In this document: in pieces, positions 47,178 to 56,310 of the stretch
Layout of the letters: each line of letters opens with the position of its first letter
How positions within the stretch are numbered: position 1 is the first letter of the stretch
Origin: Bdellovibrionota bacterium
GTDB lineage: Bacteria; Bdellovibrionota_C; UBA2361; JBGSMV01
Assembly (NCBI GenBank): GCA_041739995.1
Contig: JBGSMV010000040.1
Location: 96,211 to 160,210 of the forward strand
Length of the DNA stretch: 64,000 nt
Reading direction: 5' to 3'
Notes under the pieces: model-generated
Seen by the model: the letters and a program-made list of their open reading frames with translations, nothing else
What the model was told of the DNA's origin: nothing
The model's database searches: none
Position numbers and translations under genes: made by a program

Positions 47178-48821
47178 ATGCATAAGGTACCGGGCGGTAT
47201 GAGCGGTATTTCAGGACCTGGATCGGATCCCTCCTCACGATTCAGAACTCAAAGCACCGGGGTTCCCTTGTCCCGGGATTCGACGACTCATTCGTCCGAA
47301 TTCATCAAGTTCGCGCGTGGACTACTGGTCGCTCGCAGACAGACGGACTGGGCTCGCGTGCGCGAATTCCATGACAAAATTCTCACTGCGGCCAGAATCA
47401 AAAGAGCTGACGTCGATTCGCTTTCCGCTGAACAAGTAGTAGCAAGCTCAAGTTCACTTCCCATGTTAGGGAAAGCGACTCTCGCACTCGCCTTTTGGTC
47501 GATCGCGCTCAATCGCTCTGCCTATGACGACAACCACGAGGGAGCTCAGGCTTTCGACTCAGCAGCGAAATCAGTCGCACTCAACCCGCACAACCCTGAA
47601 TTTGTGAGATCGCTATGGCAGCTTCTTCGAAGAAACCAAAAAGACCCCTATTTCTCAGAGGGCGTCTTGGAGATCGATCGAGAGTTGGTGGCCACTCTGA
47701 GTGCGTTGTCAAATTATCTTGAAGGGGGTGCAAAGCTTCGACTGCCGGATTTTCAGCTCCCAAAAAATTGGGTAAGCGACACTCAAACCTGGCAAAAGCA
47801 CGTGGGATGGGCTCTTGAAAACTACGCTACTATTCTCGAAGTGCGCGCACGCGAACTCAAGAAGCGGCCAGGAACAGGCATTGGCGTGGTAACGCAAACG
47901 CAAGATCTAGCCGAACAATCCGCACTTCGCGCGTTAGAGGTTTCGGGTGTCCCTGCGCTTTTGTCGGATATGAGGGGCATGGGCTTAGATAGAAATCATC
48001 CTGGGTGGAAATCGATTGACGCTTCACAAATGGCTCGGGTAGGCAGAGCCTTTCGCGTACTCAAAAAACTCGCTTCGGAACCCAGGCGAAAGGCAGTTTA
48101 TTCAGATGGTGGAACGGCAGTGCGCTTCGATCTTGCCGAACAGATCGCCGAGCGCTTTGCGAACGAGTCGAAGGGGTCCCTTCGCAGAGACGAGCCCGCT
48201 CTCGAACAAATGCTGAGTCAGCATTTCCTCCTAAGACCCATTGAACTGGCGGAACTGGAGAAGACGGCCCTTCTACCTCCCAGACCTTCCGCGGTCTCTA
48301 AGAACAGTGGGGCTTATGAAGCTGCAACAACCTGGGAAGAGCACTTCAGTCAGCATAGACGCGCTGCAGAAGACAGAATCACAATGGATGATCTTACCCG
48401 CTTAAATACGCGAGTAGGCGCTCTCTCGTTGCCCGTATGCCTTCCTCAGAGCATGCTTCTCAAGTCCCTTGCCACTGCGTCGGCCTATGCGGCGGCCTCT
48501 TCTTTTGGAGAACCGACTCGAGTTGCTGATTTCGTAACGGCATATGCGAAAACGGCCCTCATCAATGCGGACGATAAAATCAACCTAACCTCCATGCTCG
48601 AATTATATTGCGTTCAGTGCGCGCTGCGCGCACTAAAGGAAAGAAAAGCGGGCAACTTCAACAATCGAATCACCAAGCTTGAAGTAGATCGCCTCCTTCC
48701 TCTGCTCAGTGGTAAAGCTCAGGAAATCGCGGAGGTTCTTGGCACCGATGCGGAGACTCGCGGGATAGACAGAGTCAGCAAAGCGATAGAGCAGGTTTTT
48801 GAGCAGATAAAAGTACGCTGA
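47178..48821 (+). CDS. Orphan alpha-helical hypothetical protein
   Basis: 547 aa open frame, G/S/P-rich N-terminus, no recognisable motif. Confidence 0.75.
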   Translation: MHKVPGGMSGISGPGSDPSSRFRTQSTGVPLSRDSTTHSSEFIKFARGLLVARRQTDWARVREFHDKILTAARIKRADVDSLSAEQVVASSSSLPMLGKATLALAFWSIALNRSAYDDNHEGAQAFDSAAKSVALNPHNPEFVRSLWQLLRRNQKDPYFSEGVLEIDRELVATLSALSNYLEGGAKLRLPDFQLPKNWVSDTQTWQKHVGWALENYATILEVRARELKKRPGTGIGVVTQTQDLAEQSALRALEVSGVPALLSDMRGMGLDRNHPGWKSIDASQMARVGRAFRVLKKLASEPRRKAVYSDGGTAVRFDLAEQIAERFANESKGSLRRDEPALEQMLSQHFLLRPIELAELEKTALLPPRPSAVSKNSGAYEAATTWEEHFSQHRRAAEDRITMDDLTRLNTRVGALSLPVCLPQSMLLKSLATASAYAAASSFGEPTRVADFVTAYAKTALINADDKINLTSMLELYCVQCALRALKERKAGNFNNRITKLEVDRLLPLLSGKAQEIAEVLGTDAETRGIDRVSKAIEQVFEQIKVR

Positions 48822-48875
48822 CCTAAACGCAGGGCTCTCGGGCTACGAGACGTGAGACTCCTAGTTTGTAGGCTA

Positions 48876-49190
48876 TTAGCTCTGGCGTCTAAGCGCTTGG
48901 ACTTTTCGACGAAGGCGCTTCACTCTCTTGGAGGCGTCATCGAGAGACTCGCGGCAGCTGTTGCTGCTTTCATTAAGATTGTTGGCAAGCGCCGATAGAC
49001 ATTGAGAACGATACATCGGGGCGCACAAGCCAGTGTCGAAAGGGGCTTGAACGGTGCCATCTGAATTACACGGCATCACGGCTGCGCAAACAAAGCCTTC
49101 AGATTCATCGGCCTGCGCCATAGAGGGACCAGAGAAGAGGCATCCAAGAGCTACAAGCACCGCTACCGTTACTACCTGCACCTTAATCAT
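48876..49190 (-). CDS. Small secreted Cys-rich protein with basic coiled-coil tail
   Basis: Signal peptide, Cys-rich core, tail KRVKRLRRKVQALRRQS; GAGGTCGGAG RBS. Confidence 0.75.
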   Translation of the reverse strand: MIKVQVVTVAVLVALGCLFSGPSMAQADESEGFVCAAVMPCNSDGTVQAPFDTGLCAPMYRSQCLSALANNLNESSNSCRESLDDASKRVKRLRRKVQALRRQS

Positions 49191-49468
49191 ACTCCGACCT
49201 CTTCAAAGAACATTCCCAGAATCCCTTCCTGAAACCACAACGTGGCTGCCGAGGATCCTAGCCAGATACAAACTAAGATCAAGGGCAGAGGCAATATTGC
49301 TTCACCCGAGCTACATTACTTCGTATTTTCAAACAGTTAGCCACAAGGCTACCTCAGAGATTTCACGGAAAACATGCCTAGAATGTTGAAACGAGACGAG
49401 TTTTATGGGTAAAGTCGCCCCTCGTTGTGAATTCACACACAGATTTCTGAAAAGCGGAGAAGCGTCAG

Positions 49469-49798
49469 GTGGCAGTTAAAATTAAGCTCGCACGATTTGG
49501 AACCAAGAGTAAGCCCTTCTATAGAATAGTGGTTTCCGAGAATGGCACTAAGCGAGATGGACGATTTATCGAGCGCGTCGGTTCATATGATCCGATGGTG
49601 GCGCCATCTGTAGTAACCTTCAATGAGCCACGCGTACAGCGCTGGCTTTCAGAAGGTGCGCAGCCAACCGAAGTAGTGCGTCGCTTAATTCAGAAGTCAT
49701 TCCCCGGCTTGATTGAAAAGCGAGAAGAGCATCAGCGCGCCAAGATTGTTGCTTCAAGAAAGAAGCGCAAGCAACGCAGTGCGGCAGCCGCAAAATAG
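49469..49798 (+). CDS. rpsP: 30S ribosomal protein S16
   Basis: MAVKIKLARFG..PFYRIVV..RDGRFIERVGSYDP..WLSEGAQPT. Confidence 0.98.
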   Translation: MAVKIKLARFGTKSKPFYRIVVSENGTKRDGRFIERVGSYDPMVAPSVVTFNEPRVQRWLSEGAQPTEVVRRLIQKSFPGLIEKREEHQRAKIVASRKKRKQRSAAAAK

Positions 49799-49864
49799 TT
49801 TCCTGATTGATTCGTGATAGACTCCCTCTAAGACTGCCATTAATTAGGTGGGGGTTGTGTCGTG

Positions 49865-49924
49865 CCCACTGTGTACTTAGCTACTGTGTTCTGACCTACT
49901 GTGCTCTGGCCCGCTGTGCTCTGA
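49865..49924. repeat. Degenerate tandem 15-bp repeat x4
   Basis: cccactgtgtactta / gctactgtgttctga / cctactgtgctctgg / cccgctgtgctctga. Confidence 0.75.
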
Positions 49925-49946
49925 AATTCTGCGTGAGTGTCTCTGC

Positions 49947-50693
49947 ATGATATCCAAAACAGCCGAGCTAAATAAGCTCTCCATTGATCTTCTTTCGATT
50001 TTTCCGAAATTCTTCGACAGCTTTCTCGCATCGAGCTTGGTAGCGAAAGCGGTTGAGCGCTCACTTCTGAGTGTCAATGTCCGCGATATTCGCGCATCTG
50101 CGGAACCTCCACATTTCTCAGTAGATGACTCCCCGTATGGTGGTGGCGCTGGCATGGTCATGCGGCCCGATGTGCTAGTGCGCAGCATTGAGGCTTCTCG
50201 CCTGCATTTTCCTGAAACCCACGTAGTTCTGCTCAGCGCCTCAGGAACTCCATTCACTCAATCTAAGGCACTCGAACTGAGTGCTAAACCGGCCCTGACT
50301 CTGGTGTGTGGTCGCTATGAGGGCGTCGACCAGCGAGCCATTGATCTGGCCGTGGATGAAGAGATTTCCATCGGTGATTACGTGGTGATGGGCGGAGAAG
50401 TTCCCGCGATGGTACTTATCGAAGCGGTGCTGCGTTTGCGTCCGGAAGTACTGGGCAACGAGGCTTCTTCTATGAACGAGTCCTACCAGTCAGATGCCGC
50501 ACATGGCCAACTACTTGAAGGCCCACAGTTCACCCGTCCACCCATTTTCAGAGATCTGGCCGTACCTGAAACACTCCTGTCCGGCAATCACAAACAAATC
50601 GAAGACTGGCGGAAAACCAAGGCATTGGAGAGAACTCTCGCTCGTCGACCGGACCTCGCACGAGCACTTCAAAAGTCTAAGCGCGAGGCCTAA
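49947..50693 (+). CDS. trmD: tRNA (guanine-37-N1)-methyltransferase
   Basis: VDDSPYGGGAGMV, CGRYEGVDQR, SIGDYVVMGGE and LLSGNH motifs. Confidence 0.98.
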   Translation: MISKTAELNKLSIDLLSIFPKFFDSFLASSLVAKAVERSLLSVNVRDIRASAEPPHFSVDDSPYGGGAGMVMRPDVLVRSIEASRLHFPETHVVLLSASGTPFTQSKALELSAKPALTLVCGRYEGVDQRAIDLAVDEEISIGDYVVMGGEVPAMVLIEAVLRLRPEVLGNEASSMNESYQSDAAHGQLLEGPQFTRPPIFRDLAVPETLLSGNHKQIEDWRKTKALERTLARRPDLARALQKSKREA

Positions 50694-50720
50694 CCCCCAA
50701 CTGAAGAGAGACCCGCAGCG

Positions 50721-51338
50721 GTGGATACCCCCTCATCGAATAACACGAACACCTCGCCCTCCTCGCCAGACCTTAGCGTAATCCTGCTGCATGCCGATCA
50801 ACTCGATAAGCAGGGTAAGATTGTTACCACTTCGCTTACCATGATTGATGTTCACGACATCGCGCGCAGCTCTTGCACGTTCGGCGCTCACTCTTTTTTT
50901 GTTGCTCACCCCTCCCCGCTTTTAAGACGCCTCGCGCGCACTTTACGCTCTCATTGGGAAGATGGATTTGGGCTTACCTATAACCCCAACCGCAGCGAAG
51001 CACTCACCAGAACGCGCATAGTTTCCAGTCTTGATGAGGCGATCGCAGAAATCGATTTGAGAACGGGCAAGCTTCCTACGTTGGTCGCAACATCGGCTCA
51101 TCGAACGACCTCGGATCAAAAGCCCCGAGCGACTTTTGCTTCGTTCCGTGAGGAACTTTCGCAATCAAGTCGTCCCTACCTCCTCATGCTCGGCACTGGC
51201 TGGGGCATGCGACCGGAACTGGTAGGAAAGGCTGACGTATTTCTTGAGCCAGTCTGTGGCCCTGGGGACTACAACCACCTCTCGGTGCGTGCCGCGGCCG
51301 CAATTATGTTGGATCGCCTATTCGGACAGGGTCGGTAA
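50721..51338 (+). CDS. SPOUT RNA methyltransferase (Tm1570-like)
   Basis: TTSLTMIDVHDIARS, HWEDGFG..YNPNRSEAL, VATSA, LGTGWG and YNHLSVRAAAAIMLDRL motifs. Confidence 0.9.
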   Translation: MDTPSSNNTNTSPSSPDLSVILLHADQLDKQGKIVTTSLTMIDVHDIARSSCTFGAHSFFVAHPSPLLRRLARTLRSHWEDGFGLTYNPNRSEALTRTRIVSSLDEAIAEIDLRTGKLPTLVATSAHRTTSDQKPRATFASFREELSQSSRPYLLMLGTGWGMRPELVGKADVFLEPVCGPGDYNHLSVRAAAAIMLDRLFGQGR

Positions 51339-51599
51339 GCATCAGTCCCCTGGGGCAACTTTTCTGCTGACCTCTTGGTAAATGATGCTGATATCCCGCC
51401 ATTTTCTCAAGCTGGGCGAGTGAAAGCAAAACGTCGAATGAGTGTATCTCCTTGATCTTACAACGTAATGCTGTCTTTGAGGCCCAGCGAAGAAACATAG
51501 TTCACGAAATCGTCCTATACTTATGAGGAGGAACAGCCGTCAAAACGTATATCCAACTTGGTTTTTGGTGTGCTTTGTACGCTGCTCGGTTTGAAAAGG

Positions 51600-52127
51600 A
51601 TGACAAAAAAAATCTTCAAAACTCGCTCTCGATTCCGCCTGGCATCGACCCAGCATGCTGAGCGCGGCTCGGTGTTCATGGAAGCAGTCCTCGCAGTTCC
51701 GGTGCTGCTACTGATAGCTGGCGGTATTATCGATTATGGCCTCGTGCTTCGCGAGAATGCAGTCATTGTCTCGGCGGCTCGCGCAGGTGCTCGCGCCGCG
51801 GCCGGTGCCACTATCACCGACGGACAAAACTACAGCGATGGTCCCAACGTCTTTCTGTGTGTGCTCGCGAAGCAGGCATCCAAGAAATTTCTCTCAGAGT
51901 CAGGACTCTCTTCAGATGATTTCCGTATCGAGGCAACCGCCGAACTCATCGATGCAGGATTGGACGAAGGAGGATCCCTCATAGAGCTCCCTGGAATTCG
52001 CGTTACTGTCGGACATGAACAGCCGCGCTGGTTCTTCATGTGGCGAAACGCCACTCAGGTCTCCTCATCCAACATATTTGCTACCGAATCGGGAAGCACA
52101 CCAGATTGTGGAGGAGGACCCCCGTGA
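51600..52127 (+). CDS. TadE-like pseudopilin
   Basis: RG^SVFME, hydrophobic helix, AARAGARAA. Start moved to the ATG at 51600. Confidence 0.85.
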   Translation: MTKKIFKTRSRFRLASTQHAERGSVFMEAVLAVPVLLLIAGGIIDYGLVLRENAVIVSAARAGARAAAGATITDGQNYSDGPNVFLCVLAKQASKKFLSESGLSSDDFRIEATAELIDAGLDEGGSLIELPGIRVTVGHEQPRWFFMWRNATQVSSSNIFATESGSTPDCGGGPP

Positions 52128-52537
52128 TCAGCACTAGACGCTCAGAAGCCGGCGCGACATTTCTTGAAGCAGTGCTGGTCGTTCCGCTTCTCTTTCTCGC
52201 GTTCATCACTACCATCACCTTCGGGCTTGGACTGTCCCAGCACGCCTTCTTCACTGACGGAGTACGAGCGGCAAGCCGTGCCGCGGTGGCCACCCTTGGT
52301 AGCTGTGACGCGAAAAAGGACAAGGCCGAACAGGTCTTGTCAGATCTTCTAGAAGGTCAACGTTTGCACTTCGAGAATATTGGAGTTGAGAATAGTTCAA
52401 CCGAAGATGCCGAAGAGGGCGCTGGCTTTGGTAAACGCGGTATCAAAGTCAAAGTTCGAGGTAAGTTGATGGGATTCTTTGCGGTTGAGTATAGAGCATT
52501 TTCTGGATTCGAGGGTGGTGATGATTGTGAAGTCTAA
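52124..52537 (+). CDS. TadE-like pseudopilin
   Basis: AG^ATFLE, TM helix, VRAASRAA. The GTG at 52124 overlaps the previous stop and has a GAGGAGG RBS. Confidence 0.82.
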   Translation: MISTRRSEAGATFLEAVLVVPLLFLAFITTITFGLGLSQHAFFTDGVRAASRAAVATLGSCDAKKDKAEQVLSDLLEGQRLHFENIGVENSSTEDAEEGAGFGKRGIKVKVRGKLMGFFAVEYRAFSGFEGGDDCEV

Positions 52538-54362
52538 ATTTATGACCCCACAACAAATGGTTAGAAGCAGTGTTTACTTTCCTGCGCCTTGCCCACGCCA
52601 CCGTACTACTCCAAATCGCGGAGAGCGCGGTGTCGTTCTCACCTGGCTCGTCGTAGTCCTCCCCGTTCTGCTGCTCCTTGCGTACTTTGTACTTAATACG
52701 GTGCAGGTCCCCCTGATCAAGGCGCGCGTCCAATCAGCTTCTGATGCCGCAGCTCACGGGGCCACTTTGATTTTAGACCCGAACGATCCAGATAGCTGGG
52801 AGCGCTCCATCGTGGTGGCCAAATCGATTCTCATGGCGCATGAAGCTGAGCTTGGCGGGTTTGGTAATGCATTAGAAGGCGACGGTCCCGTGTATGAGGA
52901 CTTAGAAGGTCGAGCGACTATTACCATCGAGCGCGGCAGGTATATCCCTGCAGGGCTGAGTGGAGACTCTTTTCAATCTCTCGAAGATGACTCTCTCGAA
53001 GATAATGGCCTCTTGCCTTTGGCCCCTATCAAAAAATCATTAGCAAATGCGGTTAATGTTCGTCTCGAGCTTTCAGCCGGATCAGGCATCGGCTCAGTCT
53101 TCGCGCCCACTTGGGGAGACGGGGGCTTTTCGTTGAGCGGTGTCACCATTGCATCGGAATCAACTGTAACGTTTGGCAAGACGGAGGAGTTCGTCCCCCC
53201 ATTTGCAATTCCGCTTTGTTCCCTGCTTGACGGGGCGACTAGCTTTGATCCCAACACCATTTGCCAAAGCGACCGCCTTTTCACCACGCTTGAGTGGGAA
53301 GAGAAGTTCTCCGGAGCAGTCCCCGATTTTCTGTACGACGTCTGGTCAGATACTGAAGTTCAAACGAACAAGTGTCACTACGATAGTCCTAGCTACCCAG
53401 AGGCAGACAATAACTATGGTGTGCTTGGCTTCCCCGGCGGCAGCGACTCTTTCGACGCCAGCAACTTGCTCGACGCACTCGACAACGAGGATGACCATCC
53501 TGGACTTACCAGCGCGATGGTCGGACAGAGATTTATACCGCTTTCACACGTAGTCGGAGCGGCCGACATCCCCACCGAGATTGCCGACGACATAGGAAGC
53601 CGCATATGGGATCTGATTACCAACACTGCCGGGTCCTCCGACTCTTCCGTGTGGCCCTCATTCTCTGACGGCTTAAATGAAATGGTCGGAAACGTTCCAG
53701 CTAAAATAAAACCAAACTGGCTTCCCTATCCCCAAGGCTCCCAAGATGCGCCGGACAACTCTGGCTGGGATCAACGCTGTGGCCAAGCGTTTCGTCCTCA
53801 GGACCAGAACATTTGCGGATCGCGACGATTTAGCTGGAAGTGTGACTCTTCAAATCCAGGATCCGTATGCGAAACCCCTGCTTTGGGACCAACACAAGAC
53901 ACCGCGTGGAAAGTCAAAGTGCCTCTGATAGCAAAGATTGTTGAGGGAAGAATTTCTGAATGCAGCGCAAATGAGGGACCTCTTGATACCGAAGATGAGT
54001 ACCGCATCATTGGATTCGTCTCGATGATCGTATATGACACAGACATTGGCCTCGCACGACCTACTAATGACGTTTTGAATGTCACTATGACCCAAGGCCT
54101 GCAAGGCGCGGTCAACTGCGGAGGCGGCGGAGGAACATTCCCGCTAAGCTTACCGCCTCTTGATCTTGACCCCGATATCGTTCCACCTCAAGTCGGAGAA
54201 GCCTGGGGACCTAGCTGCAACACCTCAACGCTTATGTATTTAGATGCCATTACAACGCGCCCCCCGTGCAACGTGGTCCGCGCACGAATCGACTGCAACA
54301 CCGCCTTCGAAGCAACGAAGCAGGCGGCCGATGGCACGTTCAGCTTGCGCCTGGTGCGCTGA
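52521..54362 (+). CDS. TadG-like pilus tip/adhesin protein
   Basis: RG^VVLTW, TM helix, VQSASDAAAHGA, IERGRY..F and NAVNV motifs; acidic Cys-rich C-terminal region. The start is uncertain. Confidence 0.82.
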   Translation: MIVKSKFMTPQQMVRSSVYFPAPCPRHRTTPNRGERGVVLTWLVVVLPVLLLLAYFVLNTVQVPLIKARVQSASDAAAHGATLILDPNDPDSWERSIVVAKSILMAHEAELGGFGNALEGDGPVYEDLEGRATITIERGRYIPAGLSGDSFQSLEDDSLEDNGLLPLAPIKKSLANAVNVRLELSAGSGIGSVFAPTWGDGGFSLSGVTIASESTVTFGKTEEFVPPFAIPLCSLLDGATSFDPNTICQSDRLFTTLEWEEKFSGAVPDFLYDVWSDTEVQTNKCHYDSPSYPEADNNYGVLGFPGGSDSFDASNLLDALDNEDDHPGLTSAMVGQRFIPLSHVVGAADIPTEIADDIGSRIWDLITNTAGSSDSSVWPSFSDGLNEMVGNVPAKIKPNWLPYPQGSQDAPDNSGWDQRCGQAFRPQDQNICGSRRFSWKCDSSNPGSVCETPALGPTQDTAWKVKVPLIAKIVEGRISECSANEGPLDTEDEYRIIGFVSMIVYDTDIGLARPTNDVLNVTMTQGLQGAVNCGGGGGTFPLSLPPLDLDPDIVPPQVGEAWGPSCNTSTLMYLDAITTRPPCNVVRARIDCNTAFEATKQAADGTFSLRLVR

Positions 54363-54607
54363 GGCCCCACTCCAGAAACGGAGTTCCTACGCGGCCCCGC
54401 TCTATTGAAACGCCCCGATTCAATCCATACTGGCTCCTAGGTCCATTAAAATGGCTCTGGCCCACTACGCTTCCAGAATTTCAGCAGATTCGCTAAGGTC
54501 GCTCTCGTCGCTGTATTCGCAACGGCCACTTCAACTCGAATGAGTTTTTGGGGATGGTTGTTCGAATCGTCGCCTGCTGTTTTTAAGCCAGTATTTATTC
54601 GGAGTAC

Positions 54608-55360
54608 GTGATGGAATCTTCAACCACTGAGTCCACTAGTTCAACACCCCCTCCAATCTCAGGGCAGTACGGCTCAGGTGGCACCACTTCAGTTCCCCCT
54701 TCAAACTCGTCGCAGTCAGGAGACTTTATGAAGCAACTCACCAACGCGCTAAATCGCGCAAAGTTCGTGTTTCTGAACCCTCACACCTGCTGGGACACGA
54801 TCGCGGCTGAACCCACCACCGTAAAAGACCTCTATCTTAAATACGCCATTTTCCTCGCGGCCATTCCGGCAATTTGCGGGTTAATTGGGCTTTCGATCAT
54901 TGGAATTTCGCTCCCCATGGTCGGCACCTGGCACGCGCCGTTTTTTGGAACCCTGATCGCACAGGTGGTGAGCTATGGCGTAGGGCTGGCAGCTCTCTAT
55001 GTCAGCGCCCTAGTAATTCAGAACATCTCTCCGCGCTTTGGAGGCTCTTCCGATCTTACCAGTGCATTTAAGCTGGCGATGTATTCGCTCACCCCCATTT
55101 GGCTCTCGGGAGTATTCCAGCTCATCCCTGTGCTTTCGATACTTGGTATATTTCTCTTAGCGTACGGAATTTACCTTTTTGCTCAGGGTCCTACGAAAGT
55201 GCTTGCGATTCCTGAAGCCAAGCGTCTGAACTTCACCGTCATATCGATCCTCGCAATGTTAGTCGTGCAGATAGTGCTCGGAGTAATCATCATGGTTGTG
55301 TCGCCAACTCCGAATATCGGCATGCCAAACTCCCCTTCTTCGCTTGGTACGGTTTCATAA
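54608..55360 (+). CDS. YIP1 family membrane protein
   Basis: P..WDTIAAE..KDLY, PRFGG..AFKLAMYSLTPIWL and YGIYLF motifs. Confidence 0.88.
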   Translation: MMESSTTESTSSTPPPISGQYGSGGTTSVPPSNSSQSGDFMKQLTNALNRAKFVFLNPHTCWDTIAAEPTTVKDLYLKYAIFLAAIPAICGLIGLSIIGISLPMVGTWHAPFFGTLIAQVVSYGVGLAALYVSALVIQNISPRFGGSSDLTSAFKLAMYSLTPIWLSGVFQLIPVLSILGIFLLAYGIYLFAQGPTKVLAIPEAKRLNFTVISILAMLVVQIVLGVIIMVVSPTPNIGMPNSPSSLGTVS

Positions 55361-55625
55361 CTTTTAAAGGCTCTCGACATCAGTAGCGCTTTACATCCCC
55401 TCGTTCATCGATATGAGCCTAAGCGGGAGACCCAAGCGGCTGCGCACCTCAGCTCCGCCTTGTAGGCACCTCAAGCCCAAGACAGACGACCTCTCATAAA
55501 TCGCGCCTACACGCCCAAGAATCTGCTCCCCAGCAAACGCTTTCCCCCGGGTTCATCCAAAACAATACTATGAATTCAAGTAGTTAGTCGTCAGAAAATA
55601 CTGCATTCTAAAGTTCGAAAAACGC

Positions 55626-55654
55626 TGAAGCATTCTCCCTGTTCCTGCCGAATA
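55626..55654 (+). promoter_or_regulatory. sigma28-like promoter
   Basis: TGAAG-N16-GCCGAATA in front of a structured U-rich region. Confidence 0.45.
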
Positions 55655-56310
55655 CCCTAGTTAAGAACAGGGAACGGGTAGAAGACGCATCTTTAGCAGC
55701 GCTTCAAAGACTTAAAAGTAAGGTCTTTGAAGTGCTGGAAACGATTGACCTCGTTATTTTTGGTTTTAAGCAGGTTTTATTGTTGAGCGTAAGCTCACAG
55801 GTTTTTGCATGTCACGTGTGTCGCATCAGAGCACTTTAGTGCTTTTGATCTTAGTCGCTGGGTTTCTAGTTTGCCGGTTTATAGTTTTGTGCTGAGTGCG
55901 GTTAAAGCGCTTGCAGCACTTGAGGTTTCCAACTGGTTCATTAAGGTTTTTTGGCTACCAAGAACCACCGTACTAAACACATCGGAGTTACGCCCTAATT
56001 ACCTCCGCCGCAATCTTGCTGAGGTGCTTAAGGCGTTTCTCCGTAACCATGCTCGAATCGTTTCCGGCCTTCCCTATTACAGGCAGTAGCCTTATTCCGC
56101 AGGAGCACTGGCCTGCCATCGCGGCTCCGCTCCCTCCCTGTCTCGGCGCAAAAAAAATCCCTAACCAAAAAGTGCGCCCACCCGCTAAGGCATCGCAATT
56201 CCATCGACTAGGTTCTCAGGCGATTAACGCACTCTGAATAAACTTCATCTGCGCGGGAACTCGGGGAGTGCCAAGGGAACGGTGTTTTTGGTCTAAGAGC
56301 ACGGCCTGCA

